Shown here one piece after another: positions 17,726 through 27,199 of a stretch of 64,000 nt of DNA. Below the pieces are notes generated by a model. The model was not told the DNA's origin. It saw only the letters and a list, made by a program, of their open reading frames with translations, and searched no databases. The position numbers were made by a program, and so were the translations under genes. The stretch comes from Hyalangium minutum (GTDB lineage Bacteria > Myxococcota > Myxococcia > Myxococcales > Myxococcaceae), in contig NZ_JMCB01000018.1 of assembly GCF_000737315.1 (NCBI RefSeq), positions 124,001 to 188,000 on the forward strand, read 5' to 3'. Each line of letters starts with the position of its first letter. Position 1 is the first letter of the stretch.

Positions 17726-19087
17726 GTGAACAACACCGTGAACAACTACGAGCAACTGGCGAAGCGCATTGTCCAGCGGGCGAAGAAGAAGGGCGCGAAG
17801 CAGGCCGAGGCGTTCCTCGAGGTGGGGCGGCAGAGCTCCTGCAGCGTGCGGGATGGGGAGATCGAGGATCTGACGGAGGCCTCGAGCAAGGGCGTGGGCC
17901 TGCGGGTCATCACGAAGGACAACCGCTTGGGGTTCGCATACACGTCGGACTTCGAGCCCGCGTCGCTGGACAGCTTCGTGGACCGGGCGTTGCAGCTGGC
18001 GCAGACAGCGGCGCCGAACAAGCTGAACGGGCTGCCCTCGGCGAAGGATCTGGGGAAGCTCGCGGAGACGGGCGAGCTGTTCGATCCGGCGGTAGCGGAG
18101 CTGGCCGGGGACTGGAAGATCAAGGCCGCGCTGGAGATGGAGAAGGCGGGCAAGGCGGTGGACGCGCGTATCGCCACCTTCTCGAGCGTGGGCGCTGGGG
18201 ACTACGTGTCCGAGGTGTACGTGGCCTCGACCGAGGGGCTGACGGCGGGGTACTCGGGGACGTACGTGTACCTGTACGCGTCGCCGGTGGCGTCGGAGAA
18301 CGGCCAGCTCCAGACGAGCTCGTGGATTGATTACAAGCGGTTCCTGGGGGATCTGGAGACGCCGGAGTCGGTGGGGCGCGAGGCGGCGCGGCGGGCGGTA
18401 CGAATGCTGGGGGCTCGGCGGGTGAAGAGCCAGCAGGTGCCGGTGATCTTCGATCCGCTGATGTCGGCGTCGTTCGTGGGGAACGTGGCGGCGGCGGCGG
18501 ATGGGAACGCCATCTACAAGAACTCGAGCATCTTCGTTGGGAAGCTGGGGAAGCGGCTGGCGCCGGACACGGTGACGGTGGTGGACGACGGCTTGTTGAA
18601 GCGGGGGCTGAGCACGGCGCCCTTCGATGGAGAGGGCGTGGCTACACGGCGCACACCGATCCTGGAGAAGGGGGTGCTGCGCAGCTACCTGTATGACTCG
18701 TTCACGGCGCGCAAGGCGAAGGCGAAGACGACAGGGAATGCGTCGCGCGGGTACAACTCGCTGCCGCACATCGGGACGAACAATCTGTACCTGGAGCCTG
18801 GGACGCGGCCACCGGAGGAGCTGATCCGCGAGGTAAAGAACGGCTTCTACGTCACGGCGATGCTGGGGCGCGGGGCGGATCCGGTGACGGGCGAGTACTC
18901 GCGCGGTGCCAACGGGCTGTGGATCGAAAACGGGGAACTGGCGTACCCGGTGCAGGAGGTGACGGTGGCGGGCAACCTGCTGCAGATGCTGCAAGACGTG
19001 GAAGCGATCGGTAGCGATCTCCAGTTCCGCGGCTCGGTGGGAGCCCCTACCCTGCGGTTCAAGCAGCTCACGGTCTCCGGCGACTGA
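17726..19087 (+). CDS. pmbA: TldE/PmbA non-catalytic subunit
   Basis: Follows tldD; PFDGEGV, GADPVTGEYSRGA.G.WIENGE..YPV.EVTVAGNL; no HExxH motif. Confidence 0.88.
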   Translation: MNNTVNNYEQLAKRIVQRAKKKGAKQAEAFLEVGRQSSCSVRDGEIEDLTEASSKGVGLRVITKDNRLGFAYTSDFEPASLDSFVDRALQLAQTAAPNKLNGLPSAKDLGKLAETGELFDPAVAELAGDWKIKAALEMEKAGKAVDARIATFSSVGAGDYVSEVYVASTEGLTAGYSGTYVYLYASPVASENGQLQTSSWIDYKRFLGDLETPESVGREAARRAVRMLGARRVKSQQVPVIFDPLMSASFVGNVAAAADGNAIYKNSSIFVGKLGKRLAPDTVTVVDDGLLKRGLSTAPFDGEGVATRRTPILEKGVLRSYLYDSFTARKAKAKTTGNASRGYNSLPHIGTNNLYLEPGTRPPEELIREVKNGFYVTAMLGRGADPVTGEYSRGANGLWIENGELAYPVQEVTVAGNLLQMLQDVEAIGSDLQFRGSVGAPTLRFKQLTVSGD

Positions 19088-19141
19088 CCCGGAGCTTCAC
19101 GCTTTCCAGTTCGCAGTCCACGCAGTGACGAGGGGGAGGAC

Positions 19142-20134
19142 ATGGCAGCGAAGAAGGCAGGCACCAAGGCCCGTAGCACCACTCCGCGCAAGCCGCGCCG
19201 CAAGAAGGCAGAGCCGCGCTCGCGAGGACTCACTGCCGCCGAGGTCGCCAGTGAGGCTGCCTCGCAACCCACCGAGCTCATCCAGGCCATCCAGCAGGAC
19301 GGTGGCCAGGTGCTCTCGGTGTACCGCGATCCGCTCGGCGCCCACTCCGTGGTGTTCGCCGTGCTCCCCATCGACAAGGTCGAGCCCACTCCCTACCAGC
19401 GCGACCTGTCCGAGCCTCACGTCAAGCGGCTCGCCAATGCCATGGAGCGATTGGATCGCTTCCTCGATCCCGTCATCGCCGTTCGCAAGGACGACAAGTA
19501 CTGGACCCCCAACGGCAACCACCGCCTCAACGCCTCCAGGCTCCTGGGCGCCAAGTCCATCGTCGCGCTCGTGCTGCCCGAGGAGGACGTCGCCTACCAG
19601 ATCCTCGCGCTCAACACCGAGAAGGCCCACAACCTCAAGGAGCGCTCGCTCGAGGTCATCCGCATGCACCGCGGCCTCACCGGCTCGCGCGCTGGACGCG
19701 AGGCCGACTTCGCCAACCTCTTCGAGGAGCCCTCCTTCATCACCCTCGGCGCTGCCTACGAGAAGCGGCCTCGGTTCGCAGCAGGCGCCTACCACCCCTT
19801 CGTCAAGCGCGCCGAGCGCTTCCTGGACCTCCCCATGGCCGAGGCCCTCAAGGTCCGCGAGGCTCGCGCCGACAAGCTCCTGGAACTGGATGACGCCGTC
19901 GCTCGTGTCGTCACCTCGCTCAAGGACAAGGGCTTCCAGAGCCCCTACCTGAAGAACTTCGTCGTGGCCCGCATCAACTTCCTGCGCTTCAAGAAGGACG
20001 ACAGCCCCGTCGAGTTCGACCCCACCGTGTCGAAGATGATCGCCAGCGCCCAGAAGTTCAACGTGGACAAGGTCAACAAGGACGACATCACCCGCATGGG
20101 CGGCGCGGGCGGCGCAGAGCCGGACGAGGAGTAG
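19142..20134 (+). CDS. Orphan ParB/Srx N-terminal domain protein
   Basis: PIDKVEP.PYQR, DPVIAV, TPNGNHRL.A (GxxR-like) and ALNTEK motifs; basic N-tail, acidic C-tail. Confidence 0.75.
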   Translation: MAAKKAGTKARSTTPRKPRRKKAEPRSRGLTAAEVASEAASQPTELIQAIQQDGGQVLSVYRDPLGAHSVVFAVLPIDKVEPTPYQRDLSEPHVKRLANAMERLDRFLDPVIAVRKDDKYWTPNGNHRLNASRLLGAKSIVALVLPEEDVAYQILALNTEKAHNLKERSLEVIRMHRGLTGSRAGREADFANLFEEPSFITLGAAYEKRPRFAAGAYHPFVKRAERFLDLPMAEALKVREARADKLLELDDAVARVVTSLKDKGFQSPYLKNFVVARINFLRFKKDDSPVEFDPTVSKMIASAQKFNVDKVNKDDITRMGGAGGAEPDEE

Positions 20135-20180
20135 GCGGCCAGGCTTGCTCAGGCACGCGGCTGTCCCACAGGAGCGCTGA

Positions 20181-20219
20181 TTGGAAGCCCGCTTGGCCCT
20201 GCCCTAAGCTCGCGCCATG
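20181..20219 (+). promoter_or_regulatory. Putative sigma70 promoter producing a leaderless patatin mRNA
   Basis: TTGGAA (20181-86), 18 nt, TAAGCT (20205-10), 6 nt, ATG 20217; no SD. Confidence 0.5.
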
Positions 20220-21221
20220 GCCATCAAGAACCTCGTCTTCCAAGGCGGCGGTGTCAAAGGCATCGCCTACGTTGGCGCCCTCCAGGTGCTCCAGGCCCGC
20301 AACCTGCTGCGCTCGGTCGAGAACGTGGCAGGAACCTCCGCAGGCGCCATCACCGCCGCGCTCGTGGCCGTGGGCAGCACCGCCGAGGAGATGCATGCCA
20401 TCCTGGGTAGCACGGACTTCGCATCGTTCATGGATGGCCGGGGCAAATTCATCGGCGGCGCGGTCCGCCTTTACGAAGGCTATGGCATCCACAAGGGCGA
20501 GGAGTTCCAGCAGTGGTGCCGCCAGCAAATCAGTGACATCACCAAGAGGGTGACCGGCACCGCCATGCCGGACCTCACCTTCTCGCAACTGTCCGCGCTC
20601 GCGGCCCAGCAGCCCGAGCACTTCTGCAACCTCTATGTGGTGGCCACGAACCTCAACCGCCAGGTGCCGGAGGTGTTCTCGGCGCAGACCTACCCGGACG
20701 TGCCGCTGTGGCAGGCCGTCCGCATGTCCATGAGCATCCCGCTCTTCTTCGAGGCCTTCCCGTTCAACGGGGACCTCTACGTGGACGGCGGCGTCTCCTG
20801 GAACTATCCCATCGATCTCTTCGACGGGCTCATCCGCCAACCCGTCATCGGCAAGCCGCCTGTGTCCATCGACGTGGGCGTGTGCGCAGAGACACTCGGC
20901 TTCAGCCTCGGCACCCCAGAGCAGATCCAGCGCCTGGAGAAGGATGGGCTGCCGCTCCCCGTCTCCGTCTCCGATCTGAAGACCTACACGAAGGCGCTGT
21001 TCAACTTCATGCTCGGCGCCAGCAACCTGCTCCACCTGGATCCGGACTCCATCCAGCGCACCGTCTTCATCGACAACGCGAACGTCTCCACCACGGACTT
21101 CACCTTGTCCGATGAGCTGAAGCAGAAGCTGGTCGACAACGGTGTCCTCGCCACCACCGCGTGGTTCAAGAACGCCGAGCAGAAGGCGGCAGCAGCCGCT
21201 CAACGCGCGGTGGCCAGCTGA
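20217..21221 (+). CDS. Patatin-like phospholipase (ExoU/VipD-like subfamily)
   Basis: NLVFQGGGVKG oxyanion loop, GTSAG nucleophile and YVDGG catalytic Asp. Confidence 0.9.
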   Translation: MAIKNLVFQGGGVKGIAYVGALQVLQARNLLRSVENVAGTSAGAITAALVAVGSTAEEMHAILGSTDFASFMDGRGKFIGGAVRLYEGYGIHKGEEFQQWCRQQISDITKRVTGTAMPDLTFSQLSALAAQQPEHFCNLYVVATNLNRQVPEVFSAQTYPDVPLWQAVRMSMSIPLFFEAFPFNGDLYVDGGVSWNYPIDLFDGLIRQPVIGKPPVSIDVGVCAETLGFSLGTPEQIQRLEKDGLPLPVSVSDLKTYTKALFNFMLGASNLLHLDPDSIQRTVFIDNANVSTTDFTLSDELKQKLVDNGVLATTAWFKNAEQKAAAAAQRAVAS

Positions 21222-21253
21222 GCGCACCTCTCGGGCACAGCGGAGATCTAGAC

Positions 21254-22975
21254 GTGGCAGCGGGCGTGGCAGGTGCGAGGAACGCACGGGCAGGAGAGCA
21301 CTGGCGAACCCGAGCGCTCGTGGTCCTGCTGGGGAGCTGTCTCGTGGCCTCCTGCCGCACCCCGCCCCCTCCTCCTGAAGCGCCGCCTCCTGCTCCCGCT
21401 CTCTCACCCGCCGCCACGCCGCCAGTACCCGCTCCTGCTCCGGCGCCTGTCACCACGCGCCCCTCCCCCACCCTGCCGGCCCGGTCCCCGCCCCGCGTCT
21501 TCACCCCCGAGAGCGATACCACTCAGCTCGCCAGCTACCACCTCTCCTTGAAAGGCGAGGAGCTCGACGCTCCGCCCTCGCGGATGTCCCAGGTCTTCCC
21601 CGAGCGCTACACGGAGGCCGCCGGCGTCTTCACCTTCCGCGGTGGGCCCTCGCGCACCGGCGGCGCCTGGGGCACCTGTCCCATGCGCGAGCACAAGCTC
21701 GAGCGCATCTGGACCTTCAACACCTCTCGCGGCTTGCCACCCTGGTTCGGCGGCGCCGGCTGGACGGGCCAGCCCGTCATCGTCCAGTGGCCGGACGTCA
21801 TCCGCCATTCGATGGGGCGCCTGGGCCGCCGACGTTTGGAGAAGGGCTTCGTCGAGGTCATCCAAGGCTCACTCGACGGCTCCGTGTACTTCCTGGATCT
21901 GCGCACCGGCAAGCCCACGCGCCCGCCCATCGACACCGGCAACCCCATCAAGGGCAGCGTCTCGCTCGATCCGCGTGGCTATCCCCTGCTCTTCGTCGGA
22001 CAGGGCATCCCTCGGAAGAAGAAGGCCATCGGCCTGCACGTCTACGATCTCATCACGCACAAAGAGGTCTTCTTCCTCCCCGGCAAGGACAAGGCGTCGC
22101 CGCGCAGCTGGGGTGCCTTCGACAGCTCGGGCCTGCTCAATCGCACCACGGACAGCTACCTCCTGGGCGGCGAGAACGGGCTGCTCTACTCCCTGAAGCT
22201 CAACACGAGCTTCGACGCCATCAAGCTCAAGCTCAAGGTCCGCCCCGAGGTGCTCCGCTACCGCTACACCCCCGAGGGCACCCCGCATTACGGCATCGAG
22301 AACTCCATCTCCGTGATGGGCAACCTGGCCTTCTTCGCCGACAACGGAGGCACTGTGCAGGGCATGGACCTGCGCACCTTCAAGCCTATGTGGACCTTCG
22401 ATGCGGGCGACGACACCGACGCCAGCATCCCCGTGGAGCTCGAGAACGGCCGCCCGGTCCTCTACACCGGCACCGAGGTGGACAAGACAGGCCCCAAAGG
22501 CAAGGCGTGGCTGCGCAAGCTGGATGGGCTCACCGGCAAGGTCCTCTGGGAGCGCTCCTATCCCTGCGAGGGCTCGCGCAGTGGGCCGAAGAAGATCGAC
22601 GCGGGCACCTTCGCCACCCCCATGGTCGGCACGGGCGACGTGGGCGACCGCGTCGTCTTCACGCTCTCCCGCTGCCCAGGCTTCAACGATGGCCTCATGG
22701 TCGCGCTCAGCAAGGCCACCGGCGAGGAGGTCTGGCGCAAGCCCCTGGACAACTACGCCTGGTCCTCGCCCACCTCCTGCAAGGACGACGAAGGCCACTC
22801 CTTCATCCTCCAAGGCGACATCATGGGCACGGTGCACCTGCTCGATGCTCGCACCGGGGAGGAGCTGGACTCGCTCAAGCTCGAAGGCCTGATCGAGGCC
22901 TCCCCTGCCATCTTCGGCGATCTGGCGGTGCTGGCCACCCGCGGCAACTGGATCCACGGCCTGCGTTTGCGCTGA
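21254..22975 (+). CDS. PQQ-like beta-propeller lipoprotein
   Basis: Likely GTG start at 21254 after GGAG; lipobox LVASC; Pro-rich linker; repeated W-containing blades (LWERSY, EVWRKPL, SSP, EASP). Start uncertain. Confidence 0.7.
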   Translation: MAAGVAGARNARAGEHWRTRALVVLLGSCLVASCRTPPPPPEAPPPAPALSPAATPPVPAPAPAPVTTRPSPTLPARSPPRVFTPESDTTQLASYHLSLKGEELDAPPSRMSQVFPERYTEAAGVFTFRGGPSRTGGAWGTCPMREHKLERIWTFNTSRGLPPWFGGAGWTGQPVIVQWPDVIRHSMGRLGRRRLEKGFVEVIQGSLDGSVYFLDLRTGKPTRPPIDTGNPIKGSVSLDPRGYPLLFVGQGIPRKKKAIGLHVYDLITHKEVFFLPGKDKASPRSWGAFDSSGLLNRTTDSYLLGGENGLLYSLKLNTSFDAIKLKLKVRPEVLRYRYTPEGTPHYGIENSISVMGNLAFFADNGGTVQGMDLRTFKPMWTFDAGDDTDASIPVELENGRPVLYTGTEVDKTGPKGKAWLRKLDGLTGKVLWERSYPCEGSRSGPKKIDAGTFATPMVGTGDVGDRVVFTLSRCPGFNDGLMVALSKATGEEVWRKPLDNYAWSSPTSCKDDEGHSFILQGDIMGTVHLLDARTGEELDSLKLEGLIEASPAIFGDLAVLATRGNWIHGLRLR

Positions 22976-23078
22976 GCCCGACACCCCGCAGATCCCCTGT
23001 CAGAGAGGAGACAGCGCACATTGCGAGAAGGAAGGGGAATCCCCAGGTTCCAGCCCCTTTCTCTCTCCATGGGACCTT

Positions 23079-25208
23079 ATGGCACCGCGCAAAGCGCCTC
23101 CGAAGACCGCTTCCAACGGCAAGACCGAGAGCCTCGAGACCTTCCGGGAGCGTCCCGAGAACCAAACCTTCACCACGGATCAAGGCATCCCCATCTCGCA
23201 CACGGATGACTCGCTGAAGGCGGGCGTCCGGGGGCCCACGCTGCTGGAGGACTTCCACTTCCGCGAGAAGATGACCCGCTTCGACCACGAGCGCATCCCG
23301 GAGCGCGTGGTGCACGCGCGCGGCTCCGCCGCCCACGGCTACTTCCAGGTCTACAAGCCCCTGGAGAAGTACACGCAGGCGAAGTTCCTCAACGATCCCT
23401 CCTTGAAGACGCCGGTGTTCGTCCGGTTCTCCACGGTTGCGGGCTCGCGCGGCTCGGCGGACACCGTGCGCGACGTGCGCGGCTTCGCCACCAAGTTCTA
23501 CACCCCCGAGGGCAACTTCGACCTGGTGGGCAACAACATCCCCGTCTTCTTCATCCAGGACGGCATCAAGTTCCCGGATGTCGTCCACGCGGTGAAGCCC
23601 GAGCCGCACCACGAGATGCCGCAGGCTGCCTCGGCGCATGACTCGTTCTGGGACTTCGTCTCGCTGGTGCCGGAGACAGCCCACATGATCATGTGGACCA
23701 TGTCGGATCGCGCCCTGCCTCGCAGCTACCGGATGATGGAGGGGTTCGGCGTTCACACCTTCCGGCTGATCAACGCGCAGGGCAAGTCGCACCTGGTGAA
23801 GTTCCACTGGAAGCCCCTGCTGGGCACCCACGCACTGGTGTGGGACGAGGCGCAGAAGATCTCCGGCAAGGATCCGGACTTCCACCGGCGCGATCTCTGG
23901 GAAGCCATCGAGTCCGGCAACTTCCCCGAGTACGAGCTGGGCCTGCAGATCGTCTCCGAGGAAGACGCGCAGAAGTACGGCTTCGACCTGCTGGATGCGA
24001 CGAAGCTGCTGCCCGAGGAGCAAGTGCCTGTGCAGCGGGTGGGCAAGATGGTGCTCAACCGCAACCCGGACAACTTCTTCGCGGAGACCGAGCAGGTGGC
24101 CTACTGCGTGAGCAACGTGGTGCCGGGGATCGACTTCACCAATGATCCGCTGATGCAGGCGCGGCTCTTCTCGTACCTGGACACGCAGCTGACGCGGTTG
24201 GGCGGCCCCAACTTCGCGGAGATTCCCATCAACCGGCCGGTGGCGCCGGTGCACAACCACCAGCAGGACGGGTTCCACCGCGACACCATCAACACGGGCC
24301 GTGCCAACTACCACCCCAACTCGCTGGGCGGCGGGTGCCCCTTCATGGCCAACCCGCAACAGGCCTTCCGGCACCACCCGGAGCGCATGGAGGGCAACAA
24401 GGTCCGCCAACGCAGCGAGAGCTTCAGCGATCACTTCAGCCAGGCCACGCTCTTCTTCAAGAGCCTCAGCCGGCCGGAGCAGCAGCACCTCATCGCCGCG
24501 CTGCAGTTCGAGCTTGGCAAGGTGGAGCGCCCGGAGGTCCGTGAGCGCGTGGTGAACCAGATCCTCGCGAACATCGACACGGAGCTCGCCACCCGCGTGG
24601 CCCTGGCCGTGGGCGTGCCGGCCCCCAAGGCCGTCAAGCCGCCCAAGGGCGACAAGAAGCGCAACGCGATCACCACCGCGCCCTCTTTGAGCATGCTGAA
24701 CACGCCGAAGGACTCCATCCAGACGCGGAAGATCGCCGTCATGGTGGCCGACGGGTTCTCCGCTCTGGAGGTGAACGCGGTGAAGAAGGCGCTGGTGGCG
24801 GGCGGCGCCATCGTGGAGCTGGTGGCCCCCAAGCTGGGCCCCGTCAAGAGCCAGGAGGGCGAAGAGGCGATGCCGGAGAAGACGTTCCTCACGGCGTCCT
24901 CAGTGCTGTACGACGCCATCTACGCCCCCGGCGGCGAGAAGAGCGTGGCCACGATCAAGCAGCTCGCGGACGCGATGGAGTTCATCCGTGACGCCTACCG
25001 GCACTGCAAAGCCGTGGGCCTCTCGGGCGAGGGCACGCAGCTCTTGGAGGCCGCCGGCCTGCACCAGGCCCCCGCGGCCCAGCCCCTGGACGCGGATCCG
25101 GGCATCGTCCAGAGCGCCAAGGGCGACATGAAGAAGTTCACCAAGAACTTCATCACCGCCATCGCCGCGCACCGCAACTGGGATCGCGAGGCGCCGCCGC
25201 CGGCCTAG
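23079..25208 (+). CDS. katE: Large-subunit monofunctional catalase HPII with a C-terminal DJ-1/GATase-like domain
   Basis: [16 protein letters not shown] active site, [21 protein letters not shown] and [10 protein letters not shown] heme-ligand motif; C-terminal [10 protein letters not shown] domain. Confidence 0.95.
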   Translation: MAPRKAPPKTASNGKTESLETFRERPENQTFTTDQGIPISHTDDSLKAGVRGPTLLEDFHFREKMTRFDHERIPERVVHARGSAAHGYFQVYKPLEKYTQAKFLNDPSLKTPVFVRFSTVAGSRGSADTVRDVRGFATKFYTPEGNFDLVGNNIPVFFIQDGIKFPDVVHAVKPEPHHEMPQAASAHDSFWDFVSLVPETAHMIMWTMSDRALPRSYRMMEGFGVHTFRLINAQGKSHLVKFHWKPLLGTHALVWDEAQKISGKDPDFHRRDLWEAIESGNFPEYELGLQIVSEEDAQKYGFDLLDATKLLPEEQVPVQRVGKMVLNRNPDNFFAETEQVAYCVSNVVPGIDFTNDPLMQARLFSYLDTQLTRLGGPNFAEIPINRPVAPVHNHQQDGFHRDTINTGRANYHPNSLGGGCPFMANPQQAFRHHPERMEGNKVRQRSESFSDHFSQATLFFKSLSRPEQQHLIAALQFELGKVERPEVRERVVNQILANIDTELATRVALAVGVPAPKAVKPPKGDKKRNAITTAPSLSMLNTPKDSIQTRKIAVMVADGFSALEVNAVKKALVAGGAIVELVAPKLGPVKSQEGEEAMPEKTFLTASSVLYDAIYAPGGEKSVATIKQLADAMEFIRDAYRHCKAVGLSGEGTQLLEAAGLHQAPAAQPLDADPGIVQSAKGDMKKFTKNFITAIAAHRNWDREAPPPA

Positions 25209-25232
25209 CCACTCCGTGGTCCGTCGGGGCGG

Positions 25233-25691
25233 CTACGTCCGCCGCTCCTTCACCTCCTCTTCCTCGGAAGAGGAGGCATCGATCTCCTGCAGCCCCGTCT
25301 GCAGCTTCTCCAGGAGGTGGCGGAGCGTCTTCACCTCCTGCGCCGTCAGGTGCTTGCGCACCTCGGACTCCAGGCGCTCCAGCTCGGAGAGGTAGGCCGC
25401 CACCTCCTTGCGGCCTGCCTCCGTCACCTCCAAGCGCACGCAACGGCGATCCTCTCCCGGCGCGCGCTTCATCAGCCCATCCTCCACGAGCCGATCCACC
25501 AGCCGGCTCACCGCCGGCGGATCCACCAACAGCCGCTCGGCCAACGCCGCCTGGCCCCGGACCTCCCCCCGCTCGATGGCTTTCAGCGCCAGCATCTGCA
25601 TGAAGGGACGCTCCGTCCGCTTGCTCAGGCGGCGTGTAAGCAGCCTGTGCACGGCGCGTTTGATTGAGGCCACTTGCTCCGCGAGGGTCAT
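25233..25691 (-). CDS. MarR family transcriptional regulator
   Basis: LAERLLVDPPAVSRLVDRLVEDGLMKR...EDRR...VTEAG winged-HTH; divergent from the efflux operon. Confidence 0.9.
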   Translation of the reverse strand: MTLAEQVASIKRAVHRLLTRRLSKRTERPFMQMLALKAIERGEVRGQAALAERLLVDPPAVSRLVDRLVEDGLMKRAPGEDRRCVRLEVTEAGRKEVAAYLSELERLESEVRKHLTAQEVKTLRHLLEKLQTGLQEIDASSSEEEEVKERRT

Positions 25692-25698
25692 TGCCGTT

Positions 25699-25729
25699 AT
25701 TAATGATTGCGCTTTGCAACATTTGTCAA
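25699..25729 (-). promoter_or_regulatory. marR promoter overlapping a palindromic candidate operator
   Basis: Minus-strand TTGACA (25729-25724), 19 nt, ATTAAT (25704-25699), 7 nt, ATG; TTGC-N5-GCAA palindrome at 25707-25719 in the spacer. Confidence 0.5.
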
Positions 25730-25813
25730 CTACACCATTGTGCACATCGGCCGCTCTGAGGCGAGCGCCGAGCCTCCCTGGCCGTTAAGCCTCTTTCGCC
25801 CGTGCACCCTGGT

Positions 25814-27199
25814 ATGCCCTCACGCCCTGTACTCCTCCTCGGCTTCCTCGCCACCACCGCGCTGGCGGAGCCTCAGACGGCGGTTCCTCCGCCCACCCAG
25901 TTCCAGCCCAAAGTAGAGGACCCGATGCTGGCCCCGGTTCCCCCGGCCTCCCAGCAAGTGGAGCGTTGGGAGGAGGCCCTGGGGCTGCTGAAGGAGCGCA
26001 ACACGGATCTGGGGAGCGCGGAGGCAAACGTTGACCGCGCCCAGGGCCGCTGGCGCCAGGCCTTGTCCTTGCTGCTGCCCAACGCGCGCTTCTCCGCGGG
26101 CGTTGCCATCGACGCCCTGCACCCGGACACGCCGGTGCTGTCATCGGGCGCGCCGATCAGCGCTGGGACAGGAACCGGACGCCAACCCACCACGCCACTC
26201 GGATCGGGAACCGTGTCTCTGTCCCAGTCCGTGGTGGACCTCAGCGCGTGGCGGGGACTGTCCTCGGCCGAGGCCTCCCAGCGAAGCGCCGAGGCGAGCC
26301 TGCAGGACGTGCAGCGCAGGCTCACCCTGGGACTCTCCCGCTCCCTGGTGGCCGTGGTCGCCGCCGAGCGCGCCGCCGAGCTGAACCGGCTGGGCCTGCG
26401 CCAGGCGCTGGAGCGAGCCGCCCTTGTCCAGCGCACGCTGGAGCTGGGCGCCGCCACCCAATTGGACCTGACGCGTACGCGGCAGGACGTGGAGGTGGCG
26501 CGCCAGTCCCTCATCGCCGGAGACGAACAGCTGCGCCGAGCCCGTGAGGCGCTCGGGCTGTCGCTGGGCATCACCGAGGGCGTGGGAGTGAGCCCGAACT
26601 TCCAGTTGCAGGGGCTGGTGGCTCAGACGCAGGCGGGCTGCGCGCCGCTGAAGAGCGTGGACGAGCGGCCGGATCTGGTGGCCGCCCATGCTCAGCTCGA
26701 GTCCTCGCGCGACAGCCGCCGCCAAGCCTCCGCGGGCTACCTGCCCACGCTGGGCCTCACCAGCAACCTCCTTGCCTACACCACCGAGCCTGGCCCGGGC
26801 CGCGTGTCCACCTGGAACATCGCCGCGGTGCTGGCCGTCCCCATCTGGGAGGGCGGGCTGCGCGGCGGCCTCGTGCGGGAGCGCGCGGGCGTGGAGCGGC
26901 AGGCGGAAGCCACCCTGGAGCGCACCCGGCGGGATGCGCAGCAGGAGGTGGCTCGGTCGCGGCGAGGTGTGGAGGTGGCCGAGGCGCTGGTGAAGGCGAC
27001 GGCCGAGGCTCGCTCGCTGGCCGAGCAGACCGACCAGCTGACCCGCCGTTCTTTTGAAATTGGCCGCAGCACCAGCTTGGAGTTGGTTCAAAGCGCGGCG
27101 GCCCTGCGTCAGGCGGAATTGGCCCTGGCGCTGCGTGAGTTCGAGCTTGTCCAGGCACGCCTGGATGCATTCTTGACGGAGGCCCGGTGCGACTGGTGA
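25814..27199 (+). CDS. TolC family outer membrane efflux protein
   Basis: Signal peptide; ERPDLVAA, SAGYLPTL and GRSTSLELVQS coiled-coil pattern. Confidence 0.9.
   Translation: MPSRPVLLLGFLATTALAEPQTAVPPPTQFQPKVEDPMLAPVPPASQQVERWEEALGLLKERNTDLGSAEANVDRAQGRWRQALSLLLPNARFSAGVAIDALHPDTPVLSSGAPISAGTGTGRQPTTPLGSGTVSLSQSVVDLSAWRGLSSAEASQRSAEASLQDVQRRLTLGLSRSLVAVVAAERAAELNRLGLRQALERAALVQRTLELGAATQLDLTRTRQDVEVARQSLIAGDEQLRRAREALGLSLGITEGVGVSPNFQLQGLVAQTQAGCAPLKSVDERPDLVAAHAQLESSRDSRRQASAGYLPTLGLTSNLLAYTTEPGPGRVSTWNIAAVLAVPIWEGGLRGGLVRERAGVERQAEATLERTRRDAQQEVARSRRGVEVAEALVKATAEARSLAEQTDQLTRRSFEIGRSTSLELVQSAAALRQAELALALREFELVQARLDAFLTEARCDW

Noticed and set aside
12543-21221. cNMP-binding protein plus patatin as a CBASS/Pycsar-like defence system
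   Set aside because: No CD-NTase or cyclase in the window; the genes are more than 6 kb apart, on opposite strands and separated by housekeeping genes.
21161-21253. Upstream start for the beta-propeller ORF
   Set aside because: It overlaps the patatin end and would put the lipobox too far from the N-terminus.
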